From Gammaproteobacteria bacterium (lineage in GTDB: Bacteria > Pseudomonadota > Gammaproteobacteria > Steroidobacterales > Steroidobacteraceae), in assembly GCA_025358615.1 (NCBI GenBank), contig JANYIY010000210.1, forward strand, positions 3,927 through 67,926: a stretch of 64,000 bases of DNA, given 5' to 3'. The notes under the pieces were generated by a model, which had not been told where the DNA came from, did not search any database, and saw nothing but the letters and a program-made list of their open reading frames with translations. Position numbers and translations under genes: made by a program. This document shows, piece by piece, positions 47,484 through 56,717 of this stretch. How positions within the stretch are numbered: position 1 is the first letter of the stretch; every line of letters begins with the position of its first letter.

Positions 47484-48328
47484 GCGGGCCAAGAATCTTG
47501 GTTCTCGACGGCAATGTGGCGGAGATTCGTGCGCGCCAGGTGGCAGCGCTCGGGTATGACTCGGGCAGCGGATATGCGCGCGTACTGCACCGCATCGACC
47601 CCTCGCTGCGTGTCGACGTTCTCGCCGCGGCGGACGGCGCAGCGCTGCCGGCCGGCATCGCGCTCGAGAGCTACGACGGCGTCACGATGACCGGATCAGC
47701 ACTCAACATTTACAATGGCGGCGTTCCGGTAAATCGCCAAGTCGAGCTCGCCAAGGCGGTCTTTGCCGCCGGCGTGCCCTTCTTCGGCAGCTGCTGGGGG
47801 CTGCAGGTGGCAGTCACCGCCGCGGGCGGCGAGGTGCGCGCCAATCCGCGTGGCCGCGAGTTCGGATTCGCTCGACGCATTCTGCTGACCGACGCCGGCT
47901 GGGAGCATCCGCTGTTTGCCGGCAAGCCCGCAGCGTTTGAGGCACCGACCATTCATCGCGACGAGATTGCCTCGCTGCCGACCGGCGCGACAACGCTTGC
48001 CGCCAACGACTTCGGCGTGCAGGCAGCGTCGTTCAATCACGGGCGCGGTACTTTCTGGGGCGTGCAATACCACCCGGAGTACGACTATATAGACATCGCT
48101 GCAGCCGCCGAGCGCTACGGCCAGACGCTGGTCACCGAAGGCATGTTTGCCGACCTTGCGGCGCTCCAGGGGTTTGCCGCCGAGCTTCGCATCTTGCAAG
48201 CGAATCCAGCCGATTCGTCGCTGCTGTGGAAGCATGGCTTGGGTCCGTCCATGCGCGCCGAGACGTTACGTCTTCTCGAAATCAGCAACTGGTTGCAGAC
48301 CGAGGTGCGGCCGCGCGCGGCCTCATAG
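47480..48328 (+). CDS. class I glutamine amidotransferase-like hydrolase (PuuD / IpuF-like gamma-glutamyl amide hydrolase candidate)
   Basis: The GTG start forms GTGA with the ADH stop. Nucleophile elbow FFGSCWGLQV and His/Glu in VQYHPEYD. Only the last 282 codons of the 46682..48328 track ORF are used. Confidence 0.7.
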   Translation: MSGPRILVLDGNVAEIRARQVAALGYDSGSGYARVLHRIDPSLRVDVLAAADGAALPAGIALESYDGVTMTGSALNIYNGGVPVNRQVELAKAVFAAGVPFFGSCWGLQVAVTAAGGEVRANPRGREFGFARRILLTDAGWEHPLFAGKPAAFEAPTIHRDEIASLPTGATTLAANDFGVQAASFNHGRGTFWGVQYHPEYDYIDIAAAAERYGQTLVTEGMFADLAALQGFAAELRILQANPADSSLLWKHGLGPSMRAETLRLLEISNWLQTEVRPRAAS

Positions 48329-48337
48329 GAATTTCCA

Positions 48338-49582
48338 ATGTCTCTCAAAATAACCGCGACCGGTCATCCCTCCAGAGCGCAGCTGATCGCGCAGGCGATC
48401 GAAATTGGCACCGAGCTTCGCGCCCAGCAAGCCGAAAGCGACGCCCGCGGCAGCTACTCCGATGCCGTGCATCAGCGGCTTTTAACGGGTGGGTTCTACC
48501 GGATTCTGCAACCCAGAATGTTCGGCGGACAGGGCAGCGATTGCGAGACCTACATTCGCGTGATCATGGAGCTGTCGCGCGCGCATCCTGCGAGCGGCTG
48601 GTGCTATACCTTGGCTTCCTCGCACGCCATAATTGCCGGCGCCCACTTCACCGAGCCCGTTCAGCGCGAGTTGTTCGGTGTGGACGGAGACTTTCGTGCC
48701 GCCTACGCCGCGGGGCCCACCGGTCCGCCGACCTTCGAACGAGCAGAAGGAGGTTACGTCGTGAGCGGCTTGTGGGCATTTGCTTCAGTCATTCCGGTGT
48801 GCACCCATTTTCTGGGCGGTGCAGTGATTCCCGATCCCGGCGGATCGCTGCGGCCAATCACCTTCGTGGTACCTCGAGAGCGTATCGAGGTGCTGCCGGA
48901 TTGGGGCGGCGAGGCAGCCATGGAGATGCAGGCCAGCGGCTCGAACAGCGTTCGGCTGTCGCGAGTCTTCATTCCGGACCGGCACATCATCCGTTCGCCC
49001 GTCGGAATTCTATCGACAGACGCATTCCCCGATGGCACGCCAGGAACGCGCCTGCATAACGAGGGCTTGTTTCTCGGCATCATATTTGGCTGGTTTAGCT
49101 GCGAATTTGGCGCAATTCCCGCAGGGACCGCGCGCGCGGCGCTGGAAGAGTTCGAGCGTCTATTACGCACCAAGCCAATGCTGTTCGATCCGGCCCGCAT
49201 GCGTATGCATGATCCCGAACTGCAGCGAATTCTGGGCGAGGCCATGTGCCGTGCCGACGCAGCGGAAGCACTCACCTTAAGCGCGACGCGGCTGTATATG
49301 AATCAGTGCGAGGGCTGGATGAAGGAGCGCCGGCGGATTACCGCAGCCGATACCCTGCGCGTGTGGGGCACCGCGCGGGAAGGCTGCCGTGCCGCGTGCG
49401 AGGCCGTGGAAATGTTGTTTCACAGTGCCGGCGCATCGGTCGCGAAGCGCGGCGATCGTCTACCGCGCTACTTTCGCGACGTGCAGATGTATCGCGTTCA
49501 TTTCCAGTCACAGGCGACCACGCCGATGCTGCGTGCTCAGACGCAGCTTGATCTGGAATTGCCGCCGCCATTTCGCAGTTGA
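48338..49582 (+). CDS. acyl-CoA-dehydrogenase-fold flavoprotein (possibly an HsaA/DszC-type monooxygenase)
   Basis: A 414-aa protein. Its N-terminus (AQQAESDARGSYSDAVHQRLLTGGFYRILQPRMFGGQG) and overall length fit the ACAD type-2 / group D flavin monooxygenase fold. It lies 9 nt after the amidotransferase gene. Confidence 0.55.
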   Translation: MSLKITATGHPSRAQLIAQAIEIGTELRAQQAESDARGSYSDAVHQRLLTGGFYRILQPRMFGGQGSDCETYIRVIMELSRAHPASGWCYTLASSHAIIAGAHFTEPVQRELFGVDGDFRAAYAAGPTGPPTFERAEGGYVVSGLWAFASVIPVCTHFLGGAVIPDPGGSLRPITFVVPRERIEVLPDWGGEAAMEMQASGSNSVRLSRVFIPDRHIIRSPVGILSTDAFPDGTPGTRLHNEGLFLGIIFGWFSCEFGAIPAGTARAALEEFERLLRTKPMLFDPARMRMHDPELQRILGEAMCRADAAEALTLSATRLYMNQCEGWMKERRRITAADTLRVWGTAREGCRAACEAVEMLFHSAGASVAKRGDRLPRYFRDVQMYRVHFQSQATTPMLRAQTQLDLELPPPFRS

Positions 49583-49630
49583 AAATGCCGCGGCGCGGTC
49601 TTTCTAGACGGCGCCCGTGCAGCTTGGAGG

Positions 49631-49704
49631 TGGAGCGGGCGATGGGAATCGAACCCACGGCTCAAGCTTGGGAAGCTTGGGTATTACCATTATACGACGC
49701 CCGC
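49631..49704 (-). tRNA. tRNA-Gly (anticodon CCC)
   Basis: The reverse complement GCGGGCGTCGTATAATGGTAATACCCAAGCTTCCCAAGCTTGAGCCGTGGGTTCGATTCCCATCGCCCGCTCCA folds as a cloverleaf. Acceptor stem GCGGGCG/CGCCCGC, D stem GTAT/ATAC, anticodon stem CAAGC/GCTTG with loop TTCCCAA, T stem GTGGG/CCCAT with loop TTCGATT, and an encoded CCA end. Confidence 0.95.
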
Positions 49705-49775
49705 GTCGTCGCCGATTCTAGTCGCCTTTTGGAAGATCAGGCAACTTCCGTCGAGATGCCCGGAGCGCCCTTCGG

Positions 49776-49804
49776 CAGCGGGAGCCCTCGAGGGGCTCCC
49801 GCTG
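49776..49804. terminator. perfect 12-bp-stem hairpin between tRNA-Gly and the TonB-dependent receptor gene
   Basis: CAGCGGGAGCCC-tcgag-GGGCTCCCGCTG, 22 nt beyond the receptor stop codon. There is no clear U-run. Confidence 0.45.
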
Positions 49805-49826
49805 CGGATTCCGCCTGATAGCCGTT

Positions 49827-52800
49827 CTAGAAACGGAAATTCGCCGCCACTACGTATGTGCGTCCGATGATGCCCGGGAAGTACAGCGACGTCGCACCCG
49901 CGAAATTACCTCCCGTACCGGCCGCCAGCGCCGGGAACGGGGGTTCCTTGTCGAACACGTTGTTGACGATCAGACGAACGGTGCAGCTCTTGGCCACGTC
50001 ATAACTGAGCGTGGTGTTGATGAGCCACCAGGGGTTCACGCGCAGGATGTCCTGCGACGTTGACGTGTTCTGGTTGTTGAAATTCATCCCGCTGTAGTAC
50101 TGCGCTTGCCAGAACCACGTAAACGGTCCCTTGTTGTAGTTGATGGCAATAGTTCCCTTGCCCTTGGGCGTGGCGATGAGGGTGCCCAGCTCCCCGTCCT
50201 GCTCATTCGCGCTCGCCGAGGCGACTTTTGTAGACAGCTTGCGCGTATCGAGATAACTCACGCGCCAATCGAGGTTCCCCAGCTCGTGCGGCAAGGGGAA
50301 TGAGTAGTCGACCGCGGCCTGCAGACCCTGAAACCGCAGAAACCCCGCGTTCACGAAGCCGTCATGATACGTCGTGACCTGGTGCGCAGCGTTCCGCTGG
50401 AATGACGAACACGACGGGTCGTTCGGGTAGTTGGTCGAATCGTAACAGGCATCCATCAATTCCTGCAGCGTCAGCTGCTCGATGGCGTTTGTCACGTTGA
50501 TCTCGATGTAATCGACCGACACGCTGGATCGTGGAACCCACCGCGGCCGCAGTACGATGCCGTAGGTCTTGGAGTCGGCGGTCTCGCTTTGCAGTCCGGC
50601 GTTGCCTGACGTCGTACCTTGCGCGGTCGCGTTGACGACGTTCGACACGAAGGTCTTGGTGTCGATGCCGGCGGCCGTGCAGTTCGCCTTGCGGGTCGCT
50701 GGGGCCGTGCCTTGTCCGACGAAGGTCTTGTCGCAGGGATCGTTCGAGAACTCGAAGCCGGTTGAGGAGGGCAGGAACAGCTCCGTGACTGCGGGCGCCC
50801 GGATCGAACGCGTTTTGTTGGCACGCATTTGTACGTCTTTCACGGGCGACCAGATCAGTCCCGCGGTCCAAGTATTGGCAGAGCCGGCAATGGAGTTGTC
50901 TACGCGCCGGATGGCGCCGTCCAATTCCAGGCTATGTAGCATCGGAATATCCTGCGCCGGCGCGAACAGCGGAATTTGCGTTTCCGCGTACACCTCATTG
51001 GTGTGGTACGCACCCTCAACGGCCGAGGCCACTGGCTGACCGAAGCCACCGGTATAGAAGGTATCCGGGGTGAATTTCGCGGTCTCGCGCCGATTCTCGA
51101 AGCCGAGCGCCAACTTAACCTCCCCCGCCGGCAGCTTGACCACGTCCGCGGTCACATTCGCTGTCACGTCCCGTTGCGTGTCTAGCGACTCCGCCTCCGC
51201 GATATGAGTGATGTACTGGCGCGCGGCCAGACTCGGTGAGCCCAAACCGAAGACGTTCAGCGGCGCGCAAGTACTCGAAGCTGTCGACACCGGCGCGGCG
51301 ACGGGATTTCCCGCACAGACGATCTGGCCGGCCGAATTGAGCGTGGAATTGAGGGCGTTCTGAACGTTCTGGAAAACGTACGCCGGCACCGCCGAGTTAT
51401 TGCGCGAAGAGCCATAATTGGCGGCAATTTCCCAGGTGAAGTTTCTTTCGCCGATCGAGAAATCGCCGTTGACTCCGATTACGCCGCGGGCCAATACCTG
51501 GCTCGCCGTGGCAACGCCGCTTTCCAAGTCGGTGTTCGCGCGACCCAGGTAGAAGTGCTGACCATCCCAGTGCGGATCCAAGGTCGGCGAAGCTGGCGAG
51601 GCGAACGGTAATGTCGCGCCGTAGGCGGCCAGCTCGCTTTGTATCAGCGCCTGGTCGGCCGCCGACAGGAAGGGGTTATGTGAGGAGACGATAAAATTGC
51701 CGGTTAGCGTGCCGCCGGGGCCGAACAATGACGTGTTGTACGCCGGCTGGGCGATGAGGTTAGTCGCATGCGTTTCGGAGAACCAGCCTTCAGTAAACAG
51801 GTTCACATGATCCGTCAGTTGGAAGTGCCCGAGAGTATCGAAGTTGACGCGTTCCTGCGGAGACAACAAGTTGCTGAACTGAGAGAGCCGGATGCCATCG
51901 CCGCCCTGCCAGAATATGGGATTGCCGGTGGCCGTACCCAGGTTGTATGGCTGCAGCTTGCTGCTGCCGGGTTGAAATGCCAGAAGCTGTCCGCTCGGAC
52001 TCGTGACGCCGATCGTTGCCGGATCCAATCCGAAAGCCGGCGCGTAAAAGCCGTCGTCCAGCAGCGGAATGCCCGAGGTGTTGATGCTCGACACCGCATT
52101 GTTGGGAGTCAGAACGGAATTGAACGGTCCGGGTGCCGTCGGCGCGAGAAATCCAAGATCCTGTGAAAAATTCTTGCGCGCAAGACCAACGAGGCCATCG
52201 CTCTTGTTGAACTCCAGAACCGCTGTCACGTTGCCGCGTCCATCCGCGAAGTTCGTGCCCGCCAGAGCGCGTAGACGATAATTCCACGCGTCCTCCTTGT
52301 TTGAGATGCCCGCTTGCGCGTCAACGTCGACGCCCTGAAAGTCCTTTTTTAGAATGATGTTGACCGTGCCGGCGATGGCGTCGGCGCCATATATCGGAGC
52401 GCCGCCGACTGAGATGGTCTCGACGCGCTCGATCAGTTTGGTCGGGATGGTGTTGAGGTCCACCTGTTGGCCGGGGGACGCCGGCGCGCCGGCGAAACTG
52501 GCCGTGTTCGAGGAGACGAATCGCCGGCCGTTGATTAGCACCAATGTGCGCTGCGAACCTAACGAGTACAGGTCGACGAAACTTTGCGCGATGCCGAAGG
52601 CCGCCTGCGTGTTCACTGCGCTCGAAGGCTGAATACCGAATGCCGGCAGTTCGCTGAGTGCCTGGCCGACGTCGAGATAGCCCCGTTCGTCGAAGGTGGC
52701 GGAGCTCACGATGGTCGTCGGCTCCAGGCGATCGAGGTCGGGGCGCGCAATGCGCGAGCCGGTGACAACGATCTCCTGCAATTCCGGCGCACCCGCGTTG

Positions 52801-52910
52801 ACGGCTTTGGGTTTCTCCTGCCCGCGCGCGCTCATCGACATCGCCAGAAGGCACGAGACGGCGACGGTGGTCTTCTGAACAGGGTTTAGAAACGTTCTCC
52901 TGCTACTCAT
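49827..52910 (-). CDS. TonB-dependent outer-membrane receptor (large, about 1027 aa)
   Basis: The start is placed at ATG 52910 (MSSRRTFLNPVQKTTVAVSCLLAMSMSARG). Plug region LQEIVVTGSRIARPDL and C-terminal YVVAANFRF. The track ORF extends to 53099. Confidence 0.9.
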   Translation of the reverse strand: MSSRRTFLNPVQKTTVAVSCLLAMSMSARGQEKPKAVNAGAPELQEIVVTGSRIARPDLDRLEPTTIVSSATFDERGYLDVGQALSELPAFGIQPSSAVNTQAAFGIAQSFVDLYSLGSQRTLVLINGRRFVSSNTASFAGAPASPGQQVDLNTIPTKLIERVETISVGGAPIYGADAIAGTVNIILKKDFQGVDVDAQAGISNKEDAWNYRLRALAGTNFADGRGNVTAVLEFNKSDGLVGLARKNFSQDLGFLAPTAPGPFNSVLTPNNAVSSINTSGIPLLDDGFYAPAFGLDPATIGVTSPSGQLLAFQPGSSKLQPYNLGTATGNPIFWQGGDGIRLSQFSNLLSPQERVNFDTLGHFQLTDHVNLFTEGWFSETHATNLIAQPAYNTSLFGPGGTLTGNFIVSSHNPFLSAADQALIQSELAAYGATLPFASPASPTLDPHWDGQHFYLGRANTDLESGVATASQVLARGVIGVNGDFSIGERNFTWEIAANYGSSRNNSAVPAYVFQNVQNALNSTLNSAGQIVCAGNPVAAPVSTASSTCAPLNVFGLGSPSLAARQYITHIAEAESLDTQRDVTANVTADVVKLPAGEVKLALGFENRRETAKFTPDTFYTGGFGQPVASAVEGAYHTNEVYAETQIPLFAPAQDIPMLHSLELDGAIRRVDNSIAGSANTWTAGLIWSPVKDVQMRANKTRSIRAPAVTELFLPSSTGFEFSNDPCDKTFVGQGTAPATRKANCTAAGIDTKTFVSNVVNATAQGTTSGNAGLQSETADSKTYGIVLRPRWVPRSSVSVDYIEINVTNAIEQLTLQELMDACYDSTNYPNDPSCSSFQRNAAHQVTTYHDGFVNAGFLRFQGLQAAVDYSFPLPHELGNLDWRVSYLDTRKLSTKVASASANEQDGELGTLIATPKGKGTIAINYNKGPFTWFWQAQYYSGMNFNNQNTSTSQDILRVNPWWLINTTLSYDVAKSCTVRLIVNNVFDKEPPFPALAAGTGGNFAGATSLYFPGIIGRTYVVAANFRF

Positions 52911-53098
52911 AGGTGACCCATCCCATTGTTGTGTTTGAGTTGACGAGGCTTCTGGCAATTCTTTTGATATATCATTAACAGCAATGAAAAGATCTGTAAA
53001 GAAATGTGGGGAGAAAAGCACTTCGCGTCCACCCCTAGAACGCACGCCACCGCCCACGCCGCTTGACCTGGATACGGGAAACTCACTCAGAGGCACCA

Positions 53099-54651
53099 AT
53101 GGACCGCAGAATCTTCATCAAGACGGCCGGCGCACTGTCCTTGGCCGCCACCGCGGGAGAGTTGAGCTTCGCCGCGGGGCCGGCATTTGATCCTACCGAG
53201 CAATCCATCGCCTCCCTGCAGCGGGCGCTGTTATCCGGCGTTGTCACCTCCGAAGCCCTAACCGCTGCCTATTTGGCCCGGATCGCCCGCTTTGATCATC
53301 ACGGTCCCGAATACCGCTCGGTCCTGGCGCTTAATCCCGGCGCGCTCGCCGCCGCCCGGGCGCTCGATCTAGAGCGCAAGTCCAATAAGCCGCGCGGGCC
53401 TCTGCATGGCATCCCCATCCTGCTCAAGGACAACATCGAGACTCGCGATCCCGTGGCTACTACCGCCGGATCCCTGGCACTGGCGCGCTCGTTGCGCCCC
53501 GCCGATGCGCCGCTGGCCGCGCGCCTGCGCGCCGCCGGCGCTGTGGTGCTCGGCAAGGCTAACTTGAGCGAGTGGGCCAATTTCCGCTCGACCCACTCAT
53601 CCAGCGGCTGGAGCGGCATAGGTGGCCAAGCCCGCAACGCCTACGCGCGCGATCGCAACCCTTCCGGCTCGAGCGCGGGCTCCGCTGTGGCCACGGCCGC
53701 CAGTTTCTGCGCCGCGGCTGTCGGCACCGAGACCAATGGCTCCATCCTGTCGCCCTCCTCTCTAAATGGCGTGGTCGGCCTCAAGCCCACGGTGGGTCTG
53801 GTCAGCGGCAAGGGGGTAGTTCCTATCTCGCCGCGCCATACACCGCCGGCCCGATGTGCCGCAGCGTCACCGACGCCGCCGTGCTGGCGGCGGTCATGGC
53901 CGAAAGCCCGCTGGGATTCGGCGCACACGGCAGCGACCTCGAGGCGTTCCGCTTGCGCGGCGTACGCATCGGCGCCATGCCCATGCCGAAGGCGGCGCAT
54001 CCGGACACCGCGCGACTGTTTGCCGACGCACGTGCGGCTCTGGAACACGAGGGGGCGGTTGTCGTCGATCTAAAAAGCCCGGGGGCCTTCGATGAGTTGG
54101 ACGAGCCCGAATTCGAGGCGCTGCTCTACGAGTTCAAGACGGCCATCAACGATTATCTCGGCACGCTCGATCCATCGCAGGTCGAGGTGAAGACATTGGC
54201 CGATTTGATCGCCTTCAACCGGGCGCACGCGGACGAGGAACTGGTCGTTTTCGGGCAAGAGATCTTCGAAATGGCCGAGGCGCACGGGCCGCTCACCGAT
54301 CCCGGATATTTGAAGGCGGCTGCAATTCTGCGGCGGGCCGCGGACACCGAGGGCCTCGCGGCCCTGCTCGCACAGCAAGGCGTGGAGCTGTTGCTCGCGC
54401 CCAGCAACGGCCCCGCAGAGTTGATCGATCACGTCTGGGGAGATAGGCGCGGAGGCGGCTGGTCGCAGATCGCCGGCGCTGCCGCAATTGCCGGCTATCC
54501 CAGCCTCACCGTGCCGGCCGGCCTGGTCAGTGGCCTGCCCGTCGGCATCACATTGGTGGGCAATCGCAACCAGGATGGTTTGCTGCTGCAAGTCGCACGA
54601 GCCTATGAACGCGCGACCAATGCACGCGTGCCGCCGCATCTCTCAATCTAG
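53099..54651 (+). pseudogene. Tat-exported amidase (amidase-signature family) interrupted by a frameshift near 53831-53838
   Basis: Tat motif MDRRIFIKTAGAL, catalytic Lys context ILLKDNIET, and signature PSGSSAGSAVATAA...GTETNGSILSPS...GLKPTVGLVSGKGVVPIS in one frame. The homologous continuation YTAGPMCRSVTDAAVLAAVM and everything to the C-terminus is in another frame (track ORF 53572..54651). Confidence 0.6.
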
Positions 54652-54834
54652 TACACCGTCTCACAATCAAACCAGGAAATACCCGATGCGCAGAGCGCTG
54701 CTACTCACCTGCCTCACGCTCGCTGCGCCGCCGCTGCTGGCGGCCGACTACTCCCTGCTGCCGAAGAGCAGATTCATCGGCACCACACCCCATTAAGGCG
54801 CGTTGCGCGAAGGCTTCCGCGCCCGCTGACGCGC

Positions 54835-56478
54835 TTAGGACTCGTACACCCACCGGCCGCCGAGCATGGTCCGCTCGACCTTGATGGCCTGCAGCTGTTC
54901 CGCTGGGACGGCGAATGGATCCTGCGTGAGCACCACGAGATCCGCCAGTTTCCCCGCTTCGATGCTGCCCTTGTCGTGCTCTTCAAACGAGGCATGTGCG
55001 CCATCGATAGTCGCGGCACGCACCGCCTCGGCCAGCGTGATGCGTTGCTGTTCTCCCCACACATGACCGGTGGGATCCTTGCGCGTCGTCATGGAGTACA
55101 GCCACAGCATCGGCGAGGGTGGGCTGGCCGTGTAGTCCGAGGCCGTCGGCGCTTGCAGGCCCGCATCGATAAACCAGCGGTAGGCAAACATGCGCTTCAT
55201 GCGTTCGTCGCCGTAGAAGTGCATGACATCGCCATGGAAATTCACATAGCCCGCGAACGGGATGGGGATCGCCCCGACGGCGCGCATGCGCGCGACCAAT
55301 TCCGGGGTCACCACCGTACAGTGCTCGAGCCTAAAGCGCGGGTCGCGCCGCGGCGCCTCCTTCGACAGTTGTTCATAGATGCCGAGCATGCGGTCAATGG
55401 CGTGCTCCCCGTTGGCATGAGTCGCCAACTGAAAACCTGCCAGCCACGCCTTGCGGGAATTCTCATACAGACTCTCCCGCGTGCCGCTCTCGACGCCGAA
55501 GTAGTTCGGCAATCCGATGTAGGGCTCGGCCAGCCATGCCGTCCTCTCGGAAATTGACCCGTCCGCAAACTGCTTGATGCCGCCGATGCGCACCATGGAG
55601 TCGCCGAATCCGGTATGCAGGCCGGCGGCAATGTAGCGGTCCAGATAAGCGACATCCATGTTGCAGTAGGTGCGAAACAGCAGTTCGCCCGATTCGCGCG
55701 CGTCCTGGAAGCCCTGCAGTCCGTCGGGGGTCGCGTCGGCCTCGCCCACCGAAGTGACGCCGTAGCTCGCGAACAACTTGGAAATGAGCGCAATGCCGCG
55801 GCGGTGATCCTCGCGGGTCAAGTCACTCGGCATCTTGCTGGCCACGGCATCCATGGCCTTGTCGGCTACCCGGCCGTTCAGCTCGCCGTCAGGTCCATGT
55901 TCGAACCGGCCTCCCGGAGGATTGGGGGTCGTCGCGGTGGCACCGGCCGCCTTCAGCGCCAGGGAATTCACATAGGCGGTGTGCCCGCCGCGGTGCTGCA
56001 CGATTACCGGATGATCCGGCACCGCCGCATCGAGGTCGGCCCGCGTCAGGGGACGCGGCGTCTTGCCGTCATCGTACAAATAGCCCCGGACCCAGCCCCC
56101 GGACGGGGTCTCGGCGGCGCGCGCACGCAGCGCCGCCAGAATCTCCTCGATCGAGTTCTTGTCGCAAGCAACGTTCTTGAGTTGATCCAACCCCGAGGCC
56201 CAGGGATGCGCATGCGCATCAATGAAGCCCGGCAACACCCGTTGCCGCGCCAGATCGACCCGCCGCGTTTTCTTGCCCGCGAGCCCCAGGATCTCCCGAT
56301 CCGTGCCTACTGCCAGGATGCGGCCGTCGCGCACTGCAATCGCCGTGACCTTGGGATTCCCCGGCTGCACGGTATAAACCAAGCCGTTGTACAAGACGAG
56401 GTCGGGATCTGCGCCAGGAAACCGCATTAGCGGCACCGCCGCCAGGGTCTTGATCATGTCGCGGCGCGTCGTTCCCAT
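54835..56478 (-). CDS. Tat-exported metal-dependent amidohydrolase (amidohydrolase_3-like)
   Basis: Tat motif MGTTRRDMIKTLAAVPL, metal motif PGFIDAHAHPW, length about 547 aa. Confidence 0.8.
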   Translation of the reverse strand: MGTTRRDMIKTLAAVPLMRFPGADPDLVLYNGLVYTVQPGNPKVTAIAVRDGRILAVGTDREILGLAGKKTRRVDLARQRVLPGFIDAHAHPWASGLDQLKNVACDKNSIEEILAALRARAAETPSGGWVRGYLYDDGKTPRPLTRADLDAAVPDHPVIVQHRGGHTAYVNSLALKAAGATATTPNPPGGRFEHGPDGELNGRVADKAMDAVASKMPSDLTREDHRRGIALISKLFASYGVTSVGEADATPDGLQGFQDARESGELLFRTYCNMDVAYLDRYIAAGLHTGFGDSMVRIGGIKQFADGSISERTAWLAEPYIGLPNYFGVESGTRESLYENSRKAWLAGFQLATHANGEHAIDRMLGIYEQLSKEAPRRDPRFRLEHCTVVTPELVARMRAVGAIPIPFAGYVNFHGDVMHFYGDERMKRMFAYRWFIDAGLQAPTASDYTASPPSPMLWLYSMTTRKDPTGHVWGEQQRITLAEAVRAATIDGAHASFEEHDKGSIEAGKLADLVVLTQDPFAVPAEQLQAIKVERTMLGGRWVYES

Positions 56479-56717
56479 CTATGTCTCCTTGGGCTCTGGG
56501 TGTATTAATGCCACGTGGTTCTAAGTATATGGCGGCAAGTTGTGGCGAAAATGCCTGATGGGCCGTATTGATTGCTTGACGGCCGTTCATTGTCTATTCT
56601 GCGCTCGAGCTTAAGGAAAAGCTCCGGTACACGTTATTTCGCATGCACAGTATCGATGGCATCAGCTTTCGCGCTGATGTGGCCGTAAGACGATCCAATA
56701 ATTTAGGGGATTCCATC

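Noticed and set aside
46682-48328. 548-aa plus-strand ORF as a single gene
   Set aside because: Its first ~266 codons overlap the Fe-alcohol dehydrogenase in another frame and translate to Arg-rich nonsense. Only the part from the GTG at 47480 (VSGPRILVLDG...) shows amidotransferase-fold motifs.
49583-49826. tRNA-Gly(CCC) as the attachment site of a genomic island
   Set aside because: There is no integrase, excisionase or other mobility gene on either side. I found no direct repeat of the tRNA 3' end, and no compositional break. The flanking genes are ordinary catabolic genes.
52911-53099. N-terminal extensions of the large receptor (to 53099) and of the amidase (from 53063)
   Set aside because: The extensions lack signal-peptide character. 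The internal Met codons at 52910 and 53099 are followed immediately by Sec and Tat signal sequences respectively.
56479-56717. Possible cobalamin or other riboswitch in the 240-nt leader of the TonB-dependent receptor
   Set aside because: I could not find a B12-box-like element or any conserved riboswitch core by eye. The region is more simply the divergent promoter shared with the amidohydrolase gene. An Rfam scan would be needed to exclude it fully.
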